Part shown: piece by piece, positions 1 to 10,563 of the stretch
Layout: every line of letters begins with the position of its first letter
Position numbering within the stretch: position 1 is the stretch's first letter
Assembly: GCA_965637545.1 (NCBI GenBank)
Contig: OZ281496.1
Span: 28,210,001-28,274,000 of the forward strand
Source of the DNA: Phallusia mammillata
Lineage: Eukaryota
DNA length: 64,000 bases
Direction: 5' to 3'
Translations under genes and position numbers: made by a program
The notes under the pieces: model-generated
The model's database searches: none
Told to the model about the DNA's origin: nothing
What the model saw: the letters and a program-made list of their open reading frames with translations, nothing else

Positions 1-309
1 AAAACTAATAAAACCTAATTTTTGTTTCTGGATTTTTGCCCTGTTCGGTCAATTTTACCCACGTAATAGGTTGGTTTGGTTTAATAAAAATATAGTAAAA
101 ATGCGCTACAGCAAATATTTTAAAATTTTCAGTCTTTTTGATTTCGTATATTTACCGCAATTGCATCATACTAATTAAGTCAAAAAATAGGTCTTATTTT
201 CGCATTTTTTATTATTTTGGGGTAGTTTGGAACTTTGTGCCTCTGGAAAACTAATTAAGGTTTTCAAGGCATTTCAGGCCACGTCCAGTTAATCAGCCCA
301 TTCAGCTCT

Positions 310-425
310 GTGATTGGACGGTTGAAGAGCGCCAATGCCACGTTTCAGGAGCAAGCGTTCTGATTGGTCGAAAGAAAAAGAAAAAAGGGAATCGTCACAC
401 CTTGAACGCGTGCGGCCGATCAGTC
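310..425 (+). promoter_or_regulatory. Pol II promoter of unit 1: three CCAAT boxes plus Inr
   Basis: ATTGG 313-317, CCAAT 332-336, ATTGG 363-367 and Inr-like TCAGTC 420-425, followed by a pyrimidine run and exon 1. Repeated at the head of every unit. Confidence 0.7.
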
Positions 426-541
426 TTTCTTTAGCAACTCGTGTTGAAGGTGGTTGTGTTGACGGGAGTCTGCTAGAAGATTGAAAAGATGCAGGTAACT
501 TGTAAATTTGCTTGTTTACTTGTTACCTATAATTCTACTTG

Positions 542-605
542 TTCGGTGTCTATGATGGTAGTAAACTTTGGTGCACACTGGTTTACTCCTGCACAGATAC
601 CGGAA
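542..605 (+). ncRNA. Intronic hairpin A (candidate pre-miRNA); copies at 2083, 3631, 5178, 8349 and 9911; damaged copy ~6921
   Basis: TTCGGTGTCT pairs with AGATACCGGAA, and AGTAAAC with GTTTACT. The loop contains GTGCAC. The 3' arm GGTTTACTYCTGCACAGATACCGGAA is conserved while the 5' arm varies. Confidence 0.55.
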
Positions 606-804
606 TCAAACTTACATAGTTGGTTAGGGCTTGCAGAAAATTTTTAAGAGCAAAGTTGTGTTGGATCATTTTGTTTCAGATTTAAGTAAGAAGAACAATA
701 TGATTTGGGAAGACATTGTCTGTGAAGAGGAATGATGATTTACGGAAACAGGCGAGTAAATGTGTTTGTAAATGTTATGAATATAATGTCAAAGTTTGTA
801 AGTC

Positions 805-854
805 CAGCATGGGCGGATAGTTTAAACGTGCACTTATTCTGTCTTCGCATGTCG
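805..854 (+). ncRNA. Intronic hairpin B in a GC-AG intron; copies at 2351, 3899, 5446, 7135, 8614 and 10180
   Basis: CAGCATG pairs with CATGT(C/T)G, and GGCGGATAG with TTATTCTGTC. ACGTGCACTTATTCTGTCTTC is present in all 7 units and, inverted, at 18105-18135. Confidence 0.55.
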
Positions 855-1110
855 AGATGCTAGATTGTTTTTAATAAACTAGTTAATATATCGCCTTAAA
901 TACGTGGTACTGCTTCTGCTTTGTTTTGCAGAAAAGGAACACTGATGTCGATTTGAGTTGCAACCTAACTGCGTAAAGGACAAAGAACAGATGCCTAAAG
1001 CTCCAAAAGGTATGTTATGTTGAATACGCTTTCAAATAGGCCTGCTTGTGCAAATTATGTAACATAATAATATGTAGGGCTTTATTTATAATCATTTCTA
1101 CCATATTGTA

Positions 1111-1183
1111 GCGAATATCTAACCCGGTGTTTATGCATGTTGTACTTCAGTTTTTTGCATGTCATGTGTTTTCGGCTATTCGT
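1111..1183 (+). ncRNA. Intronic hairpin C; copies at 2658, 4206, 5753, 7436, 8922 and 10333; truncated copy at 11115
   Basis: CGAATAGC/GCTATTCG closing stem (CGAATATC in units 1-4), upper ATGCATG/CATGTCAT stem, loop starting TTGYAC or TGGCAC. Confidence 0.5.
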
Positions 1184-1568
1184 TCCTCGCAATCGGTGGA
1201 AGTGAGAGTTTATTTTTTTGCCGCTAAAATTAAATTAATATCAAATACATTAATAGTTCTGTTGAATTATCGCATAAGATTTTGGTCGTAATGTTGACTC
1301 ATCCTGTCGTAGAATGTTGACATATGCTTTAGCACATAATAATGTAGCTTTAATTTTCCATAAGTTTCTGCCTCCTTGTTTTATTTCCTGCAGCATACGT
1401 AAATGCGATGCGACCGTATTCCATGACGAGGAGCTAACGTAAAGGAACATGGCCTTTGAATTTGAGGTAACTAATCTAGCCTTACTGTTGTTGTTGTTTT
1501 TTATTAAATTAAAGTCATAAAATATATGTAGCATACAGCCTGTTACATACCACAGCAAAACACTTTAC

Positions 1569-1635
1569 GTATAGTCCTATATGGGTAAATGAACCAACAA
1601 GTCCCGTGATTGTTCGTTTATACCGTTTCTATGAC
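1569..1635 (+). ncRNA. Intronic hairpin E; copies at 3114, 4662, 6209, 7887 and 9374; diverged copy ~10831
   Basis: GGTAAATGAAC pairs with GTTCGTTTATACC, and GTATAG with CTATGAC. Conserved position in intron 4. Confidence 0.4.
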
Positions 1636-1874
1636 ATTGTACATGTAATCTTTGATTTTTTGCCGATGGGGAATAAATGAATGCTACACTTGCGCTACTT
1701 CATTCTTGTTCGACGGCCTCGGTGAAGGTTGCTGGTGTATTTGGACTTCGTGGATTTCTAAGAAGTCTGACGGATGTTTCAACTTCCGAAGAAGAAGTAC
1801 ATACAAATATCAGGTACTCCTGTTTTGCACATTGTTTTTGTGATGCAGAAGTAAACTATTTTTTGCAGTTATGT

Positions 1875-1962
1875 AATTGGACGGTTGAAGAGCGCCAATG
1901 TGACGTTTCACGAGCAAGCGTTCTGATTGGTCGAACGCAAAAAGAAAACAAGGGGTCATTCT
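1875..1962 (+). promoter_or_regulatory. Unit 2 promoter, short allele (also units 3, 4 and 6)
   Basis: ATTGG-GCCAATGTGACGT-CTGATTGG cassette, then TCATTC at 1956-1961. About 30 bp between the proximal CCAAT box and the Inr are missing relative to unit 1. Confidence 0.6.
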
Positions 1963-4900
1963 TTCTTGAGCAGCTCGTGGTGAAGGTGGTTGTGTTGACG
2001 GGAGTCTGCTGGAAGATGGAAAAGATGCAGGTAGTTTACTTGTACATTTTCTTGTTTTACTTGTTACCTATAATTCTACTTGTTCTGTGTCTATGATAGT
2101 AGTAAACTTTGGTGCACACTGGTTTACTTCTGCACAGATACCGGAATATAGCTTACTAGTTGGTTAAGGCTTGCATAAGTTTTCAAGAACAAAGTTAAAG
2201 TTCTGTTGGATCATTTTGTTTCAGATTTAAGTAAGAAGAACAATATGATTTGGGAAGACATTGTCTGTCAAGAGGAATGATGATTTACGGAAAACAGGCG
2301 AGTAAATGTGTTTGTAAATGTTATGAATATAATGTCAAAGTTTGTAAGTCCAGCATGGGCGGATAGTTTGAACGTGCACTTATTCTGTCTTCGCATGTCG
2401 AGATGCTAGATTGTTTTTAATAAACTAGTTAATATATCGCCTTAAATACGTGGTACTGCTTCTGCTTTGTTTTGCACAAAAGGAACACTGATGTCGATTT
2501 GAGTTGCAACCTAACTGCGTAAAGGACAAAGAACAGATGGCCTAAAGCTCCAAAAGGTATGTTATGTTGAATACGCTTTCAAATAGGCCTGCTTGTGCAA
2601 ATTATGTAACATAACAATATGTAGGGCTTTATTTATAATCATTTCTACCATATTGTAGCGAATATCTAACCCGGTGTTTATGTATGTTGTACTTCAGTTT
2701 TTTGCATGTCATGTGTTTTCGGCTATTCGTTCCTCGCAATCGGTGGAAGTGAGAGTTTAATTTTTCGCCGCTAAAATTATATTAATATCAAATACATTAA
2801 TAGTTCTGTTGAATTATCGCATAAGATTTTGGTCTTAATGTGGACTTATCCTGTCGTAGAATGTTGACATATGCTTTAGCACATAATAATGTAGCTTTAA
2901 TTTTCCATAAGTTTCTGCCTCCTTGTTTTATTTCCCGCAGCATACGTAAATGCGATGCGACCGTATTCCATGACGAGGAGCTAACGTAAAGGAACATGGC
3001 CTTCCAATTTGAGGTAACTAATCTAGCCCTACTGTTTTTGTTTTTTTATTAAATCAAAGTCATAAAATTTATGTAGCATACAGCCTGTTACATACCACAG
3101 CAAAACACTTTACGTATAGTCCTATATGGGCAAATGAATCCACAAGTCCCGTGATTGTTTCTTTATACCGTTTCTATGACATTGTACATGTAATCTTTGA
3201 TTTTTTTTTGCAGGTAAAGGAAAGATGAATGCTACACTTGCGCTACTTCATTCTTGCTCGACATCCTGGGTGAAGGTTGGTGGTGTATTTTGACTTCGTG
3301 GATTTCTAAGAAGTCTTACGGATGCTTCAACTTCCGGAGAAGAAGTACATACAGACACCAGGTACTCCTGTTTTGTAAATTGTTTTTGTGATGCAGAAGT
3401 AAACTATTTTTTGCAGTTATGTAATTGGACGGTTGAAGAGCGCCAATGTGACGTTTCACGAGCAAGCGTTCTGATTGGTCGAACGCAAAAAGAAAAAAAG
3501 GGGTCATTTTTTCTTGAGCAACTCGTGTTGAAGGTGGTTGTGTTGATGGGAGTCTGCTAGAAGATGGAAAGGATGCAGGTTAATTACTTGTAAATGTGCT
3601 TTTTTTACTTGTTACATCTAAACGTACTTGTTCGGTGTCTATGTCAGTATTAAACCTGGATGCACAGTGGTTTACTCCTGCACAGATACCGGAATATAGC
3701 TTACTAGTTGGTTAAGGCTTGCATAAGTTTTCAAGAACAAAGTTAAAGTTCTGTTGGATCATTTTGTTTCAGATTTAAGTAAGAAGAACAATATGATTTG
3801 GGAAGACATTGTCTGTCAAGAGGAATGATGATTTACGGAAAACAGGCGAGTAAATGTGTTTGTAAATGTTATGAATATAATGTCAAAGTTTGTAAGTCCA
3901 GCATGGGCGGATAGTTTAAACGTGCACTTATTCTGTCTTCGCATGTCGAGATGCTAGATTGTTTTTAATAAACTAGTTAATATATCGCCTTAAATACGTG
4001 GTACTGCTTCCGCTTTGTTTTGCAGAAAAGGAACACTGATGTCGATTTGAGTTGCAACCTAACTGCGTAAAGGACAAAGAACAGATGGCCTAAAGCTCCA
4101 AAAGGTATGTTATGTTGAATACGCTTTCAAATAGGCCTGCTTGTGCAAATTATGTAACATAACAATATGTAGGGCTTTATTTATAATCATTTCTACCATA
4201 TTGTAGCGAATATCTAACCCGGTGTTTATGTATGTTGTACTTCAGTTTTTTGCATGTCATGTGTTTTCGGCTATTCGTTCCTCGCAATCGGTGGAAGTGA
4301 GAGTTTAATTTTTCGCCGCTAAAATTATATTAATATCAAATACATTAATAGTTCTGTTGAATTATCGCATAAGATTTTGGTCTTAATGTGGACTTATCCT
4401 GTCGTAGAATGTTGACATATGCTTTAGCACATAATAATGTAGCTTTAATTTTCCATAAGTTTCTGCCTCCTTGTTTTATTTCCCGCAGCATACGTAAATG
4501 CGATGCGACCGTATTCCATGACGAGGAGCTAACGTAAAGGAACATGGCCTTCCAATTTGAGGTAACTAATCTAGCCTTACTGTTTTTGTTTTTTTATTAA
4601 ATCAAAGTCATAAAATTTATGTAGCATACAGCCTGTTACATACCACAGCAAAACACTTTACGTATAGTCCTATATGGGCAAATGAATCCACAAGTCCCGT
4701 GATTGTTTGTTTATACCGTTTCTATGACATTGTACATGTAATCTTTGATTTTTTTTGCAGGTAAAGGAAAGATGAATGCTACACTTGCGCTACTTCATTC
4801 TTGCTCGACATCCTGGGTGAAGGTTGGTGGTGTATTTTGACTTCGTGGATTTCTAAGAAGTCTTACGGATGCTTCAACTTCCGGAGAAGAAGTACATACA

Positions 4901-6707
4901 GACACCAGGTACTCCTGTTTTGTAAATTGTTTTTGTGATGCAGAAGTAAACTATTTTTTGCAGTTATGTAATTGGACGGTTGAAGAGCGCCAATGTGACG
5001 TTTCACGAGCAAGCGTTCTGATTGGTCGAACGCAAAAAGAAAAAAAGGGGTCATTTTTTCTTGAGCAACTCGTGTTGAAGGTGGTTGTGTTGATGGGAGT
5101 CTGCTAGAAGATGGAAAGGATGCAGGTTAATTACTTGTAAATGTGCTTTTTTTACTTGTTACATCTAAACGTACTTGTTCGGTGTCTATGTCAGTATTAA
5201 ACCTGGATGCACAGTGGTTTACTCCTGCACAGATACCGGAATATAGCTTACTAGTTGGTTAAGGCTTGCATAAGTTTTCAAGAACAAAGTTAAAGTTCTG
5301 TTGGATCATTTTGTTTCAGATTTAAGTAAGAAGAACAATATGATTTGGGAAGACATTGTCTGTCAAGAGGAATGATGATTTACGGAAAACAGGCGAGTAA
5401 ATGTGTTTGTAAATGTTATGAATATAATGTCAAAGTTTGTAAGTCCAGCATGGGCGGATAGTTTAAACGTGCACTTATTCTGTCTTCGCATGTCGAGATG
5501 CTAGATTGTTTTTAATAAACTAGTTAATATATCGCCTTAAATACGTGGTACTGCTTCCGCTTTGTTTTGCAGAAAAGGAACACTGATGTCGATTTGAGTT
5601 GCAACCTAACTGCGTAAAGGACAAAGAACAGATGGCCTAAAGCTCCAAAAGGTATGTTATGTTGAATACGCTTTCAAATAGGCCTGCTTGTGCAAATTAT
5701 GTAACATAACAATATGTAGGGCTTTATTTATAATCATTTCTACCATATTGTAGCGAATATCTAACCCGGTGTTTATGTATGTTGTACTTCAGTTTTTTGC
5801 ATGTCATGTGTTTTCGGCTATTCGTTCCTCGCAATCGGTGGAAGTGAGAGTTTAATTTTTCGCCGCTAAAATTATATTAATATCAAATACATTAATAGTT
5901 CTGTTGAATTATCGCATAAGATTTTGGTCTTAATGTGGACTTATCCTGTCGTAGAATGTTGACATATGCTTTAGCACATAATAATGTAGCTTTAATTTTC
6001 CATAAGTTTCTGCCTCCTTGTTTTATTTCCCGCAGCATACGTAAATGCGATGCGACCGTATTCCATGACGAGGAGCTAACGTAAAGGAACATGGCCTTCC
6101 AATTTGAGGTAACTAATCTAGCCTTACTGTTTTTGTTTTTTTATTAAATCAAAGTCATAAAATTTATGTAGCATACAGCCTGTTACATACCACAGCAAAA
6201 CACTTTACGTATAGTCCTATATGGGCAAATGAATCCACAAGTCCCGTGATTGTTTGTTTATACCGTTTCTATGACATTGTACATGCAATCTTAGATTTTT
6301 TGCAGATAAGGAATAAATGAATGCTACACTTGCGCTACTTCATTCTTGTTCGACGGCCTGGGTGAAGGTTGGTGTTGTATTTGGACTTTGTGAATTTCTA
6401 AGAAGTTTGACGGATGTTTCAACCTTCAGACTAGAAGTACTTACAGATTTTAGGTACTACTGTTTGTTAAATTGTGGGTTTTTTGTGGTGCAGAAGTAAA
6501 CTAGGGTACACACAGTAGTAAATTTCTTATTGATTTCGTAAGAGTTATTTTACGCAAAAGCATCATACTAATTAGGTCATAAATTACGTCTCATTTTCGC
6601 ATTTTATTTTGGGTCAGTTCAGCGCTTTTATTTGTGCCTCTAGAAAATTAATTAAGGTTTTCGTAGCATTTCAGGCCACGTCCGGTTAATTGCCCCCAAT
6701 CAGCTAC

Positions 6708-6825
6708 GTGATTGGACGATTAAAGAGCGCCATTGTGACGTTTCAGGAGCAAGCGTTCTGATTGGTTGAAAGAAAAAAGAAAAAAAGGAATTGTCACACC
6801 TTGGACGCGTGCGGTCGGTCATTCT
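6708..6825 (+). promoter_or_regulatory. Unit 5 promoter, long allele, with duplicated upstream flank
   Basis: GTGATTGGACG...GCCATTGTGACGT...CTGATTGG...TCATTC (6819-6824). The middle box reads CCATT. 6520-6710 is homologous to 130-310. Confidence 0.6.
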
Positions 6826-9680
6826 TTCTTTAGCAGCTCGTGGTGAAGGTGGCTGTGTGGACGGGAGTCTGCTAGAAGATGGAAAAGTTGCAGGTAATTT
6901 GCTTTTTGTACATTTACTCGTTGTCTTTGTAGGTAGTAAACTTTGGTACTTCTGCATAGTTAACGGAATATAACGTACATCGTTGCTACGGTTTGCATAA
7001 AATTACAAGAACAAAATACTGATGTTCATTTTGTTTCAGGAAAAGACATTTCCACAAGAGGAATGATGATTTACGGAAAACAGGCGAGTTAATATGTTTG
7101 TAAACGTAAACAATCTATGTCCAAACATTTAAGTCCACTTGGGCGGATAGTTTAAACGTGCACTTATTCTGTCTTCCCATGTTGAGATGCTATTTTTGTA
7201 TATTAAACTAGATAGTATATCGCCTTAAATGCCTGGTACTGCCTCCGCTTCGTTTTGCAGAAAAGAAACACGGATGCAGATTTGAGTATAGCAACCTAAC
7301 ACAAACTGCATAAAGGACAAATAACAGATGACCTCTAAAAGGTATGCTGTGCTGAACACGCTTTCAAATAGTGCAAATAGTGTAACATAACAATATATGC
7401 AGGGCTTAAATTGAAACCACTTCTACCATATTGTAACGAATAGCTGGCCTGACTTTTATGCATGTGGCACTTCACTTTTTTGCATGTCATGTGTCTGCGG
7501 CTATTCGTTCCTCGCAATCGGTGGAAGTGAGAGTTCTATTTTTCGCCGCTAAAATTAAATTAATATCAAATACATTAATAGTTCTGTTGAATTATCGCAT
7601 AAGATTTTTGGCGTAATGTGGACTTATCCTGTTTTCGCATGTTGACATATACTTAAGCACATAATAATGTAGCTTTAATTTTCCATAAGTTTCTGCCTCC
7701 TTGTTTTATTTCCCGCAGCATACGTAAATGCGATGCGACCGTATTCCATGACAAGGAGCTAACGTAAAGGAACATGGCCTTCGAATTTGAGGTAACTAAT
7801 CTAGCCTTACTGTTTTTTTTATTAAATCAAAGTCATAAAATATATGTAGCATACAGCCTGTTACATACCGCAGCAAAACACTTTACGTATAGTCCCATAT
7901 GGGCAAATGAATCAACAAGTCCCGTGATTGTTTGTTTATACCGTTTCTATGACATTGTACATGTAATCTTTGATTTTTTGCAGATGAGGAATAAATTAAT
8001 GCTACACTTGCGCTACTTCATTCTTGCTCGACGGCCTGAGTGGAGGTTGGTGGTGTATATGGACTTTGTGAATTTTTGAAAGGTATGACGGATGTTTCAA
8101 CTTTTGTGATGCAGAAATAAACTATTTTTTGCAGTTATGTAATTGGACGGTTGAAGAGCGCCAATGTGGCGTTTCACGAGCAAGCGTTCTGATTGGTCGA
8201 AGGCAAAAAGAAAAAAAGGGGCCATTTTTTCTTGAGCAACTCGTGTTGAAGGTGGTTGTGTTGACGGGAGTCTGCTAGAAGATGGAAAAGATGCAGGTAG
8301 TTTACTTGTACATTTTATTGTTTTACTTGTTACCTATAATTCTACTTGTTCTGTGTCTATGATGGTAGTAAACTTTGGTGCACACTGGTTTACTCCTGCA
8401 CAGATACCGGAATATAACTTACATAGTTGGTTAAGGATTGCATAAAAAAAAACCAAGAGCAAAGTTCTGTTGGATCATATTGTTTCAGATTTAAGTAAGA
8501 AGAACAATATGATTGTGAAAGTCATTGTCTGTGAAGAGGAATGATGATTTACGGAAACAGGCGAGTAAAGGTGTTTGTAAATGTTATCAATCTAATGTTA
8601 AAGTTTGTAAATCCAGCATGGGCGGATAGTTTAAACGTGCACTTATTCTGTCTTCGCATGTTGTGATGCTAGATTGTTTTTAATAAACTAGTTAATATAA
8701 CGCCTTAAATACCTGGTACTGCTTTCACTTTGTTTTTCAGAAAAGAACACTCATGCAGATTTGAGTTGCAACCCAACTGCTTAAAGGACAAAGAACAGAT
8801 TGCTTAAAGCTATAAAAGGTAGGTTATGTTGAATAAGCTTCAAATAGTGCGTGATTGCGCAAATCGTGTAACATAACAATATATGTAGGGCTTCATTTAA
8901 AACCACTTCTACCATATTGTAACGAATAGCTAACCCGGTGTTTATGCATGTGGCACTTTTGTTTTTTTGCATGTCATGTGTTTTCGGCTATTCGTTCCTC
9001 GCAATCGGTAGAAGTGAGAGTTCTATTTTTCGCCGCTAAAATTATATTAATATCAAATACATTAAAAGTTCTGTTGAATTATCGCATAAGATGTTGGTCG
9101 TAATGTGGACTTATCCTGTCTTCGCATGTTGACATATACTTTAGCACATAATAATGTAGCTTTAATTTTCCAAAAGTTTCTGCCTCCTTGTTTTATTTCC
9201 TGCAGCATACGTATGTGGGATCCGATCGTTTTCCGTAACGAGGAGCTAACGTAAAGGAACATGGCCTTCGAATTTGAGGTAACTAATCTAGCCTTACTGT
9301 TTTTTTTATTAAATTAAAGTCACAAAATATATGTAGCATACAGCCTGTTACATATCACAGCAAAACACTTTACGTATAGTCCTATATGGGCAAATGAATC
9401 CACAAGTCCCGTGATTGTTTGTTTATACCGTTTCTATGACATTGTACATGTAATCTTTGATTTTTTTGCAGGTAAAGGAAAGATGAATGCTACACTTGCG
9501 CTACTTCATTCTTGCTCGACGGCCTGAGTGAAGGTTGGTGGTGTATTTTGACTTCGTGGATTTCTAAGAAGTCTGACGGATGTTTCAACTTTCGGACTAG
9601 AAGTACTTACAGATATCAGGTACTCCTGTTTTGTAAGTTGTTTTTGTGATGCAGAAATAAACTATTTTTTGCAGTTCTGT

Positions 9681-9800
9681 AATTGGACGGTTGAAGAGCG
9701 CCAATGTGACGTTTCAGGAGCAAGCGTTCTGATTGGTCGAAAGCAAAAAGAAAAAAAAAGGAATCGTCACACCTTGGACGCGTGCGGCCGGTCATTCTTT
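9681..9800 (+). promoter_or_regulatory. Unit 7 promoter, long allele
   Basis: Same CCAAT triplet, TGACGT and GGTCATTCTTTCT initiator as unit 1. Confidence 0.6.
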
Positions 9801-10510
9801 CTTTGACAACTCGTGGTGAAGGTGGCTGTGTCGACGGGAGTCTGCTAGAAGATGGAAAAGATGCAGGTAGTTTGCTTGTACATTTTCTTGTTTTACTTTA
9901 AATCTACTTGTTCGGTGTCTATGATAGTAGTGAACTTTGGGTGCACACTGGTTTACTTCTGCACAGATACCGGAATATAACTTACATAGCTGGTTAAGGC
10001 TTGCATAAATTTTCAAGAGCGAAGTTCTGTTGGATCATTTTGTTACAGATTTAAGTAAGAAGAACAATATGATTTGGGAAGGCATTGTCTGTCAAGAGGA
10101 ATGATGATTTACGGAAAACAGGCCAGTAAATGTGTTTGTAAATGTTATGTTATCAATCTAATGTTAAAGTTTTTAAGTCCAGCATGGGCGGATAGTTTGA
10201 ACGTGCACTTATTCTGTCTTCGCATGTTGAGCTCTAAAAGGTTTGTTATGTTACATTAGGTATTAAATAGTGCCTAGTGTAACATAACAATATATGTAGG
10301 GCTTTAATTGAAACCACTTCTACCATATTGTAGCGAATAGCTATCCCGGTGTTTATGCATGTGGCACTTCAGTTTTTTGTATGTCATGTGTTTTCGGCTA
10401 TTCGTTCCTCCCAATCGGTGGAAGTGAGAGTTCTATTTTTCGCCGCTAAACTTAACATTAATATTAAATGCATTAACAGTTCTGTTGAATTATCCCATAC
10501 GATTTTGGTT

Positions 10511-10563
10511 TAATATGGGAAGGCAGTGTAACGTGCACTTACCCTGCCTTCGCTTATTGACAT
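10511..10563 (+). ncRNA. Hairpin D, the only intact copy in array 1 (paralog of B)
   Basis: GAAGGCAG-T-GTAA / TTAC-C-CTGCCTTC stem with a CGTGCAC loop. Units 1-6 lack about 17 nt of this 5' arm. Confidence 0.5.

Noticed and set aside
730-960. Box C-like ATGATGA (733) with a later CTGA, suggesting a C/D snoRNA
   Set aside because: The C-like motif lies in exon 2 and the CTGA in exon 3, across an intron. There is no terminal stem and the motif is not conserved in array 2.
1250-9262. Repeated minus-strand ORFs (MFLYVSSSS..., MTPFFLFAF...) and plus-strand MNATLALLHS...
   Set aside because: They recur only because the unit is duplicated. They are antisense to, or cross, the predicted splice sites, and their lengths and frames differ between diverged units.
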